IMG/VR virus record: IMGVR_UViG_3300009545_000018
Location: 1 to 64,000 of that record
DNA length: 64,000 nucleotides
Direction: 5' to 3' (one strand)
The notes beneath the pieces were generated by a model. The model saw only the letters and a list, made by a program, of their open reading frames with translations. It was not told the origin of the DNA and searched no databases. Positions 26,457 through 36,866 of the stretch are shown here, piece after piece. Made by a program: the position numbers and the translations under genes. Numbering within the stretch: position 1 is the stretch's first letter; every line of letters starts with the position of its first letter.

Positions 26457-27337
26457 TTTAAAAATCTATGTTAGATTTATCTAATCCAAGTAAAATCAGA
26501 AAGAAAGATTTACTTCAGGTTGCTAAATCTAATCCACAAGCTATTAAACGTTTAACTATTTTTTTTAAAATTAAAAACCGAAGGTTATTCGGCAAGACAA
26601 ATTGCTAAACTTATTAATTGGTTATTAAATAAACGTATGGACTTTAAAAGATGGTAAATAATTATGGCAAATATTGAAGATAAATTTATGATAAAGAAAC
26701 AAAGGGGGCGCAATTTATTCAAAGCGATTGGTACCTTTTTTGTAGTAGCAGTATTACTTAGCGGAAGTTTGGTATGTGGACTTTTATATGTTCTATACCA
26801 TTTTTTGATCAAACTTTGGTAATTTATCTATATGAATAGAACATTGGTTGGAATCTTATTTACTGTTGGTATTGTTACTACTACTTTATCAATTATAATT
26901 AATAATCTGTTAATGCCAACATGCGGTGCTTTTTTATCATGGTGGGTAGGAATAATGATTTCTATGTTACTATGGTCTTGGGCATATTCTATACTAGAAA
27001 ATAAATTCCCATCTAAAGATTAAAATGAATAATATTTTTGTTTTACAAAAAGAGATAGACGATCTAAATAGGGAAAATACTCTCTTAACAAATCGTCTGG
27101 CTAAAGCTACTGATGATAGCTCCAAATTGTTTCTTCAAAATTTAATTAATTATAATGAAGAATCAATTGCTAAATTAGTTGACCTGCAAAATGCACAAGC
27201 TAAGTAATCGTTTTAATTCAAAAATATTATTTAATAGTTTAGCAACTATTACTCTTATTTCATTTGTAGAATTAACTTTAATACTTGGAACGATCAAGTA
27301 TTTATCCTATATACTTAATTAAATTTAGGAGTTTCCT

Positions 27338-27352
27338 CCCATCATATAACGG
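27338..27352 (+). promoter_or_regulatory. CCCATC-N3-TAACGG motif
   Basis: CCCATCATATAACGG. Confidence 0.8.
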
Positions 27353-27747
27353 CGGGGATCCTATATTTAAGGAAATGAATTTCTTGATTAAGAATCAATA
27401 TTAATTCATATAAGTAATGAAGCAATTTCTATTAATTCTATTGGTTGTATTTGGTGCCGGCTATATGAATAGCTGTCAGGAGTATCACTCTCCACCAGAA
27501 TTTCAACCTGAATATGAAGAGCCTAAGCCACATATTCAATTAGAACAGCCTATTAAGGTGCACCTCTACTATAATCGGGGACGGGCATAAAGATGGCTTT
27601 CCGCTGGTTGTTGTTGCTAATGTTACTAACAGCAGCCTGCGGGAAAACTGCCCCTAAATATCCTATTAAAGAACCAATTAAACAAGAAGATAATCAAATA
27701 AAACCAGTACTTGCTCCGCCAGCCAGATATGGTAATAAGATAGTTTA

Positions 27748-28233
27748 ATGTTTACTTTTACAAAATTAGATTTTGCATCCACTTTACCATTAATTGGTGA
27801 AGGTAAGAGAAAAATTGTAGTCCAAACAGAGCACGGAATTATTAAAGTTAGTGCTAGTTCCAAGAGATTAAATTGTTTTTCAAAAAATCATGCCTGTGTA
27901 ACTTGTTATAGAAAAGGATCTGTTTTTCTAGTACAGTCTCATAAAATCAAAAATGTTAATGCTTGTAAGTGGTGCATCCACCATAAACATTTTACTAAAT
28001 GTCATTTAGATACTCCACATATTAATATGTACCATGTAGAAAACAATGGTCAATTAATCTTAATGACAAGAGATCATATTATACCTTCTTGTAAAGGCGG
28101 AAAAGATACTCTTGATAATTTACATACCATGTGTAGTATTTGCAACACAAATAAATCATACTTTTCTTTTGAAGATTTTGTAAAACATGGTTGCCAAAAC
28201 ATGGAAAAATTGTCTGCTGCTGGACATATTTAG
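27748..28233 (+). CDS. HNH endonuclease
   Basis: CVTC...DHIIPSCKGGKDTLDNLHTMCSICNTNK. Confidence 0.9.
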   Translation: MFTFTKLDFASTLPLIGEGKRKIVVQTEHGIIKVSASSKRLNCFSKNHACVTCYRKGSVFLVQSHKIKNVNACKWCIHHKHFTKCHLDTPHINMYHVENNGQLILMTRDHIIPSCKGGKDTLDNLHTMCSICNTNKSYFSFEDFVKHGCQNMEKLSAAGHI

Positions 28234-28370
28234 CAGTCGTATTGAATAACCGCGTTAAGGTATTCCGTTGAGGCGAAACTTGAACGTCTTTTAAACGAGA
28301 ACAAAAAGACTAAATGTAAAGTATTAGCCTTTCTGCTACCTACGTAAATAGGGTAGCACTAATTTTTAAC

Positions 28371-28652
28371 ATGAAACTACTAATTGCTCCCATAGGTTTA
28401 CTTACCAATAATATATTTACTGATAATGCTTTAATACTAGAGGCTCGTTGGCTATTAGCTAATCGCTATCAATGGGAAGGTCGATGTATTGAAGCTAATA
28501 AAGCTTTTAATAATAGTGGTAGATTCTCTATTGATGAGCTATTAGAAATTTGGGATCTGTATAATAAGGATATGGAAAATCGTTCACGTCGTGATTACTA
28601 CATTATGTCAAGACTGGATCTGGATAATTGGGGGCTGGAGACTACAGACTGA
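28371..28652 (+). CDS. hypothetical protein
   Basis: 93-aa ORF. Confidence 0.65.
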   Translation: MKLLIAPIGLLTNNIFTDNALILEARWLLANRYQWEGRCIEANKAFNNSGRFSIDELLEIWDLYNKDMENRSRRDYYIMSRLDLDNWGLETTD

Positions 28653-28693
28653 TAAAGTCCAGCCAAAGTAAAACAGAAACCAGAAAGAAACAT

Positions 28694-28708
28694 CCCATCA
28701 TTTAACGG
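28694..28708 (+). promoter_or_regulatory. CCCATC-N3-TAACGG motif
   Basis: CCCATCATTTAACGG. Confidence 0.8.
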
Positions 28709-28746
28709 TCGGTACCTAGTTATCAAACAACGATAAACAAGGAAAC

Positions 28747-29049
28747 ATGACCGTGACTAAGCAACATTCATACGACATTCAGTGGTGGACCCTGGTCAGC
28801 AATGACAAGGCAGTTCAGAAAGCCATGATTGATCTGTATCATCTGCAAACTAAAGAAGAGCAAAGTCATCGTAGAACCACTCAAGCTAATAGCAGGGGAT
28901 TCTCTTCGGCTCATGCCAAGGTTGGTTCTATGTTTGCAGAAAAATTGATTAATGGTCAAGAGTTAAGTCAAGAGCAAATTGAAAATGCCCGCCGTATTGC
29001 ATTACATTACGTAAAGCAAATTGCGGAACTTCACCAGGAATCTAACTAA
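28747..29049 (+). CDS. paralog of 11612..11920
   Basis: NDKAVQKA...QTKEEQ...ARRIALHY; AAGGA SD. Confidence 0.85.
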   Translation: MTVTKQHSYDIQWWTLVSNDKAVQKAMIDLYHLQTKEEQSHRRTTQANSRGFSSAHAKVGSMFAEKLINGQELSQEQIENARRIALHYVKQIAELHQESN

Positions 29050-29050
29050 A

Positions 29051-29311
29051 ATGAAATCATTTTTACTTATTGTAATTGGGTTTACTATTGGTTATTTTAT
29101 TAAATCAAATGGAACAGTTTCTCAAGTTACTTATAGTGATAAGGGAAACAAAACTGTAATAACATCTTGTGATAAAGATCAACAATGTATGATCAATATT
29201 GGTCAGCAATGTGAAGATCGTGGATATAAGATTATCAAAATTGATCATGATGATATGAAAACGATCATCAGCGCTGAATGTGGATTAGAAAATAAATTTA
29301 AATTATTTTAA
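29051..29311 (+). CDS. membrane-anchored hypothetical protein
   Basis: Start revised; N-terminal TM. Confidence 0.65.
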   Translation: MKSFLLIVIGFTIGYFIKSNGTVSQVTYSDKGNKTVITSCDKDQQCMINIGQQCEDRGYKIIKIDHDDMKTIISAECGLENKFKLF

Positions 29312-29312
29312 A

Positions 29313-29624
29313 ATGAAATATTCAGAGCTTGATTTTAAGGGAGGAATTGTTACGTATGATCTTTATAGTATGTACCCAGATGAATCAGAACACTTTAGTA
29401 AAGGTTTTCTTAGCCAAGATCTTTTAGTTATAAATTATGGTAAATTTACAATAGATCTAGGTCACTATTATACCTGTTATGGTATCAGCATAATTGATAA
29501 TTCAGAAAAAGAATGGAAACCTTTTTATACTCTTAAAGTAATAGAGCACGAAAAGATTTTTGATTCTCTTCAAGAAGTTATTAATAACGCTGAAAAACTC
29601 TTTAACTTGAAAGCTTATATATAA
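29313..29624 (+). CDS. KAFx-tail protein (LxxxGG class)
   Basis: LDFKGGIV...LFNLKAYI. Confidence 0.75.
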   Translation: MKYSELDFKGGIVTYDLYSMYPDESEHFSKGFLSQDLLVINYGKFTIDLGHYYTCYGISIIDNSEKEWKPFYTLKVIEHEKIFDSLQEVINNAEKLFNLKAYI

Positions 29625-29628
29625 CTTA

Positions 29629-30369
29629 ATGTTATTAAATAAAGTCTACATCAGACACAAAGAAAATTATCCAGATGACATTAATACTTTTAATGCTTAT
29701 CAAGGGTTTTATAATCTAGGTGTAGAAACTGTTCCTTTTTATGGGTTTGGTGATATTGTAGATCTGAAGGATTTGGGTCCAGAAGTAGGCATAGTAGGAT
29801 TTATTGGTGATGTCTGGGAGGCTCTAAGACTATTAAATAAACCCATTCCTAAACCTTTAGATTATCCAGAAGAGTTAATGCCATGGCTAGGTCGATCTAT
29901 CCGTAAAAGTACTATTGGAGAAATTAGACAATCCAAGAGCAAATGTTTCATTAAACCAGTTGCTCATAAACTATTTACTGGATTTGTTTGGGAAGCATCA
30001 GTTGGTGATAGGCTATCCATTGCTACTCAAGAATCAGATACTGAGGTATGGGTATCAGATGTTGTTTCATTTGTGAGTGAATATAGGTGCTTTATTCAAG
30101 ATGGTGAAATTGTTGGAGTAAGATTATACAAAGGTGATTGGTCCAAAGCTCTTAATAAAGATACTGTTATTACTGCAGTAAAAGCTTATTCAAAACAACC
30201 TCGAGGATTCTCTTTAGATTTTGGTGTAACAACTGAAGGGCAAACTTTATTAGTAGAAGTAAATGACGGATTTGCTTTGGGTTGTTATGGTCTTTACTGT
30301 ATTACTTATGCTAGATTGATAGAAGCTAGGTGGCAAGAGCTAATAGGATGTAGTGATAATTTGCCATAA
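29629..30369 (+). CDS. ATP-grasp domain protein (R2K/DUF4343-like)
   Basis: FIKP..KLFTG, EYRCFI.DG.I, DFGV...LVEVND. Confidence 0.8.
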   Translation: MLLNKVYIRHKENYPDDINTFNAYQGFYNLGVETVPFYGFGDIVDLKDLGPEVGIVGFIGDVWEALRLLNKPIPKPLDYPEELMPWLGRSIRKSTIGEIRQSKSKCFIKPVAHKLFTGFVWEASVGDRLSIATQESDTEVWVSDVVSFVSEYRCFIQDGEIVGVRLYKGDWSKALNKDTVITAVKAYSKQPRGFSLDFGVTTEGQTLLVEVNDGFALGCYGLYCITYARLIEARWQELIGCSDNLP

Positions 30370-30373
30370 AGTT

Positions 30374-30679
30374 ATGGCAAAAGATGACGAACGCCCAACG
30401 GATAGACCAGCAGAATATAGCGAAGTATTTAAAATTATACCGCCAATAACTGTTAAAGGAAATACTTACAAAGATGTAAGTCACGATCCTATTAAACAAT
30501 CTTCTCAAACAATGGAGTTGTATAATAGGTGGCTAGAGTTATACCATGGTTTAGAAGACTCAGATAGATTTTCAGCATTAGAAATGCTGGATGTATTTTG
30601 TGATTTAACCTTAATTCAAAAGAATTTAATAATAAAATTAATAGAAGAATTCTATAAATCCAATTCTTTAAGAAAGTAA
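30374..30679 (+). CDS. hypothetical protein
   Basis: Start revised. Confidence 0.65.
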   Translation: MAKDDERPTDRPAEYSEVFKIIPPITVKGNTYKDVSHDPIKQSSQTMELYNRWLELYHGLEDSDRFSALEMLDVFCDLTLIQKNLIIKLIEEFYKSNSLRK

Positions 30680-30683
30680 TTCC

Positions 30684-30893
30684 GTGCATTTAAAACTTTA
30701 TAAGCAATTAGAAAAGCAAACCTTACAGTTAGACAATCATGGCGATGATTGTATTGCTGAAAAAATTAGAACTGTGATGGATTACATTTGGCGGGAACGT
30801 CTTTCTAGTGCTGAAAAAAATGAGCTTAACAATCGTCACTTACCGGTATTAAATCGAGATCGTTCTTTTGAAGATACTGGTTTTGGTGACTAA
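30684..30893 (+). CDS. hypothetical protein
   Basis: GTG start. Confidence 0.6.
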   Translation: MHLKLYKQLEKQTLQLDNHGDDCIAEKIRTVMDYIWRERLSSAEKNELNNRHLPVLNRDRSFEDTGFGD

Positions 30894-31054
30894 GATGAGA
30901 CTTAAGGTTCCTTTTAAAGTTTCTAAAAGAGAAGAAGCTATAGCGGCAGTTTCAAAAAGCTATTGGAAATCTTTAAAGAAAATAATTAAACAAAAAGAAT
31001 ATGTAGAAGCAGTTAATAAACTTTTTGAACTCAATAAGTTATTTAGAAATAAAA

Positions 31055-31261
31055 ATGAAAAATAAATTAGCTGTTAAGATATTGGTTGAAGTAGAATATG
31101 ATCTTAATGATGATAAATCATATGATTTAATTACTTCTTTAGAACAAAGCATAGATAATAATATGCGTAAAATTTTACAATGTTCTAGCGATGATGGTCC
31201 TGAGCATGCTACTGCTGATCTTAAGACTTGGTCATATTCTATATCATCAGAAGATATTTAA
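31055..31261 (+). CDS. hypothetical protein
   Basis: Start revised. Confidence 0.6.
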   Translation: MKNKLAVKILVEVEYDLNDDKSYDLITSLEQSIDNNMRKILQCSSDDGPEHATADLKTWSYSISSEDI

Positions 31262-31471
31262 ATGTATATTATAGTGATTATATTAAATATAATCTTATTA
31301 AGAACTGTTTATATACTTGGTTGGAAAAAATGTTATAATACAACATTTCTACCTTTATCAAAAAATATCCGTAATCTTCATAATAAACACATTGAAGATA
31401 TTTCTGCAGTTTTAACTGAAATCAAAAATATTGAATCTATTATAAATAAACAAAATAATATTAATAAATAA
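31262..31471 (+). CDS. membrane-anchored protein, tandem paralog of the next gene
   Basis: LRxVYxxG...YxTT...IxxLHN shared. Confidence 0.65.
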   Translation: MYIIVIILNIILLRTVYILGWKKCYNTTFLPLSKNIRNLHNKHIEDISAVLTEIKNIESIINKQNNINK

Positions 31472-31836
31472 TGCATATCATACTAATAATTTTGTTTTTA
31501 ATGTTCTTTATTGGTTCATTAAGAATTGTCTATGTTCGTGGTATTAATAAAGGATGGCAAAGCTTTTATAGTACGACATATTCATCTATGTCTCGTCATA
31601 TTAATCATCTTCATAATGAACGCATTAAAATATTAAATGATGATCCTATAGCTGCTAATAAAAGAAATTTACAATTAGCTATTGATCTGGCTCGTTTTAA
31701 ATTAAAAGCAAAAACTTTAGCCATTAAATATGGGCGTTTAAATAAACAATGTAATCAACCATTACATAATAGTGCGTTCATGATGGAAGCTGCCCGCTCT
31801 TTTATTATGAGTACTATTACAAATAATACAGAATAA
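31471..31836 (+). CDS. membrane-anchored protein
   Basis: N-terminal TM; paralog of previous gene. Confidence 0.7.
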   Translation: MHIILIILFLMFFIGSLRIVYVRGINKGWQSFYSTTYSSMSRHINHLHNERIKILNDDPIAANKRNLQLAIDLARFKLKAKTLAIKYGRLNKQCNQPLHNSAFMMEAARSFIMSTITNNTE

Positions 31837-31853
31837 TATGCTGTAAGCCCCTT

Positions 31854-31868
31854 CCCATCGAGTAACGG
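31854..31868 (+). promoter_or_regulatory. CCCATC-N3-TAACGG motif in front of the ncRNA
   Basis: The +30 position (~31884) coincides with the start of the duplicated element. Confidence 0.8.
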
Positions 31869-31886
31869 GGGAGTCTACGATGAAAC

Positions 31887-32160
31887 TCGCCTGAGGATTG
31901 TGGGTGAGAAAGTTATTAGAGTAATCGAAATAACGAAGGTCAACGTCGTTCAGAACCGGAGCCTTAATATTTAATAAAATTAAGGCAGGAGAGAAGCAGA
32001 TTGACAAGGGCAGCTAAGATGACTATGTTTCTCTTAGAGTAAAATAATATATTAATATTATTAGCCAAGAATGATTTAAATCATTCAGTTATTATTTAAT
32101 AATAACTATCACCTAAGGGACCAGCTTCAGTATCGCGCAGTATAATCATCCTCGGTTAGG
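31887..32160 (+). ncRNA. structured ncRNA, copy 2 of a duplicated element
   Basis: Colinear with 22419-22642; closing stem CTGAGGAT/ATCCTCGG; own promoter motif. Confidence 0.7.
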
Positions 32161-32868
32161 AATTAATGTCTCTTATTAAGAATATTTTACTAGCTATTTT
32201 ACTTTGGATATTTGCATTAGTATTTTATCTAATGTTAGGTTTCTGGATGTTAACTGGTTGGTTAAGAGATCATGGTCCTAAGTTTACTAAACCACTTTTT
32301 ATTTGGTTTGCCGGTCCTGCAATGCATAAGGAAAAATCATGAACGAAAAACAGCGAGTACCAAGCCCTAATGAACGACAAATCGAAATTTGGAAGCAATG
32401 CTGGGATTTCTTAGGTGGCACTAAATTGTGGTCAAGTGTTTTAAAGAAATGAATAAGCTAAAACATTTACTTAAGACGTTTGTGTATACTTTACTATTAT
32501 TCTTTATAGTTGCAGTATATTTTTATATGATAAACTTTTTTCCATGGGTCGCAATAGTTATTGGTATAACAGTAATATTTTGTCTTGCCTGGTCATTTAT
32601 TTATGTTGTATCTAAAAACAAATGAAAAAAGAAATTAAAAAATTATTAATTGCTATGTTTGGGGCGGCATTTTTACTTGCAATAACTATATTATGTACAA
32701 TATTCCCTGCATTTAGAATTATTGCAATGTTTTTGTTGTTAACACTTCTTATTTATGTATTACTAAAATACAATGAGCATGAAGATTTAAAATAAATTTA
32801 AAGAAACTATTTATTCGAAAATTAATTATAACTGAATCGGTATAACCGAGTGCAAAGGAACAGTTGAA

Positions 32869-33135
32869 ATGTCAAATGAAAATCGTAATTCTAATGGTCA
32901 AGTTGGTGAAGGTACTCCTAGCAAGCGTCTAAAGGGACGTTGGCACAAAGAAGGTAAGGGTAAATCTTTACGACAGTTTGCTCGCAATCTAATGAAGGCG
33001 GGCGATAAGGATGCGACAGATTGGTTTGCTGCTAAAGCAGGAGCTATGAATCTGTCACGTTCAGATAAGAACAAACAACTGGCAGCTGCCACTAAAGCAG
33101 CTACCAAAATGAGCCGAACCAAGGGAAAGAAGTAA
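32869..33135 (+). CDS. small basic protein
   Basis: K/R/A-rich; AAGGA SD. Confidence 0.75.
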   Translation: MSNENRNSNGQVGEGTPSKRLKGRWHKEGKGKSLRQFARNLMKAGDKDATDWFAAKAGAMNLSRSDKNKQLAAATKAATKMSRTKGKK

Positions 33136-33138
33136 AAC

Positions 33139-33462
33139 ATGTCAAATAACTTAAGAGATGAAATTAATGAGACTTTGGAGCAATTAAAGGTTTTCAGTAG
33201 GAAATTAGCTAACACTGTAGATATTTTAGAGAAAACAGCTAATGCTCCAGCTGCTACCAATAACTCAGCAATGGATTTAATTTCTGATTTAAAGAAGCAT
33301 CAGTGGGTAGAAAAGACTAAGTTCAGCACGGCACTAACGGGCGTTCATAAGTCTTTATTTCGTGATGCTAATATTAAGCTTGCTAATAGGATTGCAACTG
33401 AACGAGAAGCTTTAGCTCATCGTAATCCCATTAAGATTTCTAAAAAGAAAATCGAAGATTAA
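33139..33462 (+). CDS. hypothetical protein
   Basis: 107-aa ORF. Confidence 0.75.
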   Translation: MSNNLRDEINETLEQLKVFSRKLANTVDILEKTANAPAATNNSAMDLISDLKKHQWVEKTKFSTALTGVHKSLFRDANIKLANRIATEREALAHRNPIKISKKKIED

Positions 33463-33797
33463 TGAAATCTGAAATTACTTATGATGATTTTGCTAAACTA
33501 GATATTCGAGTTGGTACCATTACAAAAGCAGAAAGAATTCCGAAGAGCAAAAAACTTCTCAAATTAGAAGTTTTCTTTGGTTCTGAAATTGGTAGTCGAA
33601 CGATTTTGGCAGGCATTGCTAGTAGTTATGATCCTGAAGGAGCCGAAGGATTAAAAGTAATGGCGATTATTAATTTAGCCCCGCGCCAAATGATGGGGGA
33701 AACTTCTCATGGAATGTTGTTAGCAGGCATGACTTCTACTAATGGATTACAATTGGCAGAATGTTATGGAGCAGATGACGGTGCCGAAATCGGATAA
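33462..33797 (+). CDS. tRNA-binding OB-fold protein (Trbp111/CsaA/MetRS C-domain)
   Basis: YDDFAKLDIRVGTI...KLLKL...RTILAGI...NLAPR.MMG.TSHGMLL. Confidence 0.9.
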   Translation: MKSEITYDDFAKLDIRVGTITKAERIPKSKKLLKLEVFFGSEIGSRTILAGIASSYDPEGAEGLKVMAIINLAPRQMMGETSHGMLLAGMTSTNGLQLAECYGADDGAEIG

Positions 33798-34137
33798 TAT
33801 AACCTTGTTACAAATTATTAATCAACATTATCGTTTATCATTTATATTATTATTAGTATTTATGATATTGATTTGGCGAATAGTTGCCAATATCAGGGTT
33901 ATTTTTGTAGCATTTATTAATCGAAGAAAGCCATATTATCACGAAGAAGAAATTGAAGATGACTGAACAATCAATTTTAATTAGATCTAATGATAAAAAG
34001 ATTTTCAAAGTAAAATTCTTATCACATTGGTCATCTATCGTTTCAGATGATGGTGAGATTGATACTGTAAAACATTTAGGCGGGTATGAGTACGTGTCTA
34101 CAAGTAAAGGTTTTACTTATATTATCAAGGAAGAAGA

Positions 34138-34365
34138 ATGAATAATATAAAGATATTGTTTTTACTTTTACTCACTTCATGTGAAGTACATAGTGCGCCA
34201 CAGCAACAATCAGCAGGCATTTATTATATGGGACAAGTAAAACCCAATCTTGATTTATATAGATTTCAAGATGAGTTTGATAGTACTATTACCTGCTATA
34301 TAGTTGAAGGTAATAGGTATGATACATCAATTAGTTGCGTAAAGAATTCAGAAAAGGTTAAGTAA
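34138..34365 (+). CDS. putative lipoprotein
   Basis: LLTSC lipobox. Confidence 0.65.
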   Translation: MNNIKILFLLLLTSCEVHSAPQQQSAGIYYMGQVKPNLDLYRFQDEFDSTITCYIVEGNRYDTSISCVKNSEKVK

Positions 34366-34409
34366 AATTTATTCCTACTGCTGTAGGAGAAAGTAAGTGT
34401 GAAAGAGAT

Positions 34410-34661
34410 ATGTTAAAATTTAATGCATTTTATCAAGATGATAAGGTTATGTATGTTGGCTCGCAGCTCTCTAAAGAATTGGGAAATAAACAAGGCTGGA
34501 TTATTAGTCAGATCAAAAATGAGCCCGGAGTTTATGTAGTAGAGTTTGAAGGCGAATCATACATTATGCCTGAATCATCCTTAACCAGGTTTAAGGTTAC
34601 TTCGAAAGACTCTGGTCCAGAGATTCGACAAATTCGCAAACGTCATGTAGAGGATGAATAA
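34410..34661 (+). CDS. SH3-like hypothetical protein
   Basis: DKV.YVG...GWII...YVVEF. Confidence 0.65.
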   Translation: MLKFNAFYQDDKVMYVGSQLSKELGNKQGWIISQIKNEPGVYVVEFEGESYIMPESSLTRFKVTSKDSGPEIRQIRKRHVEDE

Positions 34662-35077
34662 TGACTATGTTTAAAATTGGAGATGAAGTTTATTGGGATC
34701 CAGATTGTGAAGATCCGATTAGTGTAGAAAATTTAACTAAAAGATCAATTGATCAGCTGCGATCCGGAACTATTAAATTTGTTAATGAAGGCGAAGTTGG
34801 TATTGCTACCCAAAGTAATCGCATCTATTTGGTAAAAGTATGTTACGTTTGTTCTGCTGAAGACGTTAAATACAAAAAATCTTCTCTTGAAGAAGAATAC
34901 AATAAAGTGCAAAAAGAAATTGCAGCACAGATTAAAGCTGGTGTTGATTTAATTTATCAAGCCGAAGCTAAATTAAATACAATTGGCTGTAATATTATTG
35001 ATGATTATGATCTTTCTAGACCTGTTAGAGGAATGATTGATCAGTTGGGGTGGAGCTCTTCTTCACTTAGTTGTTAA
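34661..35077 (+). CDS. SH3-like domain fused to a WxSSxxxC-tail module
   Basis: FKIGDEV N-terminus; SLEEEY...GWSSSSLSC. Confidence 0.75.
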   Translation: MTMFKIGDEVYWDPDCEDPISVENLTKRSIDQLRSGTIKFVNEGEVGIATQSNRIYLVKVCYVCSAEDVKYKKSSLEEEYNKVQKEIAAQIKAGVDLIYQAEAKLNTIGCNIIDDYDLSRPVRGMIDQLGWSSSSLSC

Positions 35078-35292
35078 TGAAAGTTGTTAAATCATTTGTT
35101 ACCAGTCATGATAATGGCAATCACTTTGCCGTTATACATGATCTATGTGCTGGTCGATCTAATGTCTATACAGTTTTTGTATGGCGCGTAGGAAAGACTG
35201 CCAAAATTATTGGTAAGGAATTAGATTTAAAACTAGCTACAAAAATAATCAAATGTTATCCAAAGAAATATGTGTCAAGAACACACAAATAA
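35077..35292 (+). CDS. hypothetical protein
   Basis: TAATG coupling. Confidence 0.6.
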   Translation: MKVVKSFVTSHDNGNHFAVIHDLCAGRSNVYTVFVWRVGKTAKIIGKELDLKLATKIIKCYPKKYVSRTHK

Positions 35293-35304
35293 AAAAGGTA
35301 CAAT

Positions 35305-35562
35305 ATGTTTAAATGTCAGGTTTCCAAAAGAATGTCATTGCCCGGCGAAAAATGTAATAAGATTGTAGTGGCTCGCCGCGACAAAGTATATACTGGTTGG
35401 TTTCGTAATGAGGAAACTAACAAGTGGGAAGAGCGCGAAGTAGGGCGGGGCTGGGAAATTGTTAAAGAAATTAATGCTGTAGATTCTGGAGTTGAACTTT
35501 GGAATTCTTGGCCAGAATCAGAGCGAGCATTATTTGTTAAACGATTGTCTTCTGGGGGCTAA
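35305..35562 (+). CDS. hypothetical phage protein (GWEIVKE motif)
   Basis: AAGG SD. Confidence 0.7.
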   Translation: MFKCQVSKRMSLPGEKCNKIVVARRDKVYTGWFRNEETNKWEEREVGRGWEIVKEINAVDSGVELWNSWPESERALFVKRLSSGG

Positions 35563-35781
35563 ATGAAATTTACATTCCATTTACCTGATGAAACTGTCCT
35601 TAAATATTTGATTGAAGATGTAGAGGCTATCAGAAAAGAATCTGAGGTTAAGCTTAAGAAATCAATCAGCTATTTAGGAAAAGATAAGGCAGCCGAAGTT
35701 GCAACTTATTTTTTCGGATCTAATCCAGAGATAGAAAACCTAACAAAAACTCTTTTAAAAGATCTAAAAATTATTCCATAA
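35563..35781 (+). CDS. hypothetical protein
   Basis: Adjacent ORF. Confidence 0.6.
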   Translation: MKFTFHLPDETVLKYLIEDVEAIRKESEVKLKKSISYLGKDKAAEVATYFFGSNPEIENLTKTLLKDLKIIP

Positions 35782-35820
35782 AATATTTTTATATCTATAA
35801 ATTGTAATTAAAGTATCCAA

Positions 35821-36030
35821 ATGACTACATATTCTCAACAAGATTTTTTTCTTCATGAAATTAATGAAGAAATTTCTAGATATCAGCAGGAAATTTCTTC
35901 ATTAAAAAAGAAAATTCTTGAACTAGAAACTGAGTGTATTGGTCTTTTATTACAAAAAGAAAACTATGAAGAGCGACTTCGCCTTTATAGATTAAAGAAG
36001 GGTTTGCTTTCTGATGGATCACCAGAATAA
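35821..36030 (+). CDS. coiled-coil hypothetical protein
   Basis: Heptad pattern. Confidence 0.6.
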   Translation: MTTYSQQDFFLHEINEEISRYQQEISSLKKKILELETECIGLLLQKENYEERLRLYRLKKGLLSDGSPE

Positions 36031-36295
36031 CGGAATAAAAAATATTATAATTTCCTTACTATTTGCATTAGTAGGGTTATCTATAGGTTTAATTTTTGGA
36101 GTTCGATTGGGTTTAACTACTATTGAGTTGAATTTTAAAAGTAATTTAAATAATCTTAATTCTAAAATTGATAAAATTGATGAAGCTCAAATTAAATGTT
36201 ATCCTCCAATAATTCCGTTTCCATTAAACGATTCTGATTTAGAAAAAGAAAATCCTGTTAAGCCCGAGAAAAAGGGACAGCCAATTTCATTGTGA
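36014..36295 (+). CDS. membrane-anchored protein
   Basis: N-terminal TM. Confidence 0.6.
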   Translation: MDHQNNGIKNIIISLLFALVGLSIGLIFGVRLGLTTIELNFKSNLNNLNSKIDKIDEAQIKCYPPIIPFPLNDSDLEKENPVKPEKKGQPISL

Positions 36296-36304
36296 ACAAT
36301 TAAG

Positions 36305-36490
36305 ATGTATTTTTCATTAGAAATTGAATCTAATAGTGCTAATAAGTTATCTCAAGCTGAGATAGCTCAAGCAGTATGGGTTATTGCTCAAAAACTAGCT
36401 GAAGAACCAGAGTTGCCTATTGGTCCAACGATGGCTCCAGTTATAGATAGTAATGGTAATACTGTTGGACATTGGCTTTTAAAAAAGTAA
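36305..36490 (+). CDS. hypothetical phage protein (IDSNGNTVG)
   Basis: D.NGN.VG motif. Confidence 0.65.
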   Translation: MYFSLEIESNSANKLSQAEIAQAVWVIAQKLAEEPELPIGPTMAPVIDSNGNTVGHWLLKK

Positions 36491-36667
36491 ATACCATGTA
36501 TTACATTATTATCCAAAATGGAATAGTTTTTGAAGGGTCCCTTAAAGACTTTAGAAAAAAATTTTATGACTATCCTGATATTTGGTCTGATGAAAAAGTA
36601 TTATCCCATGCTAAAGAGTGGTCAGAAACTAATGGTTGGACTTTTGAGTCTAACTTATTAAATTAAT

Positions 36668-36862
36668 ATGAATTACTTAAAACCTATTGAGGTGCGAGCT
36701 TTAAATGCATTAGCTGCAAGAAAGCAAAATGGTTGCAGTTGGTGGTGTACTTTTTTAGATGATGCGCATATAATGTGCAATATTTGTCAGTGTATTATAT
36801 TATATACTACATTACGTTCTCATGCTATGGATCATTTAAAAACGATAAAATCTTTTCTATAA
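36668..36862 (+). CDS. KAFx-tail protein, C2H2-like class
   Basis: ALNAL...WW...CNIC...HAMDH...TIKSFL. Confidence 0.75.
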   Translation: MNYLKPIEVRALNALAARKQNGCSWWCTFLDDAHIMCNICQCIILYTTLRSHAMDHLKTIKSFL

Positions 36863-36866
36863 ATTA

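Noticed and set aside
27008-27022. CCCATC half-sites at 27008 and 643
   Set aside because: They lack the TAACGG half and lie inside coding sequence; not counted.
28231-28360. Possible guide-like RNA downstream of the HNH gene
   Set aside because: Only a 6-bp closing pair (TAGCAG/CTGCTA) and a terminator-like hairpin; the protein has no RuvC/IscB features.
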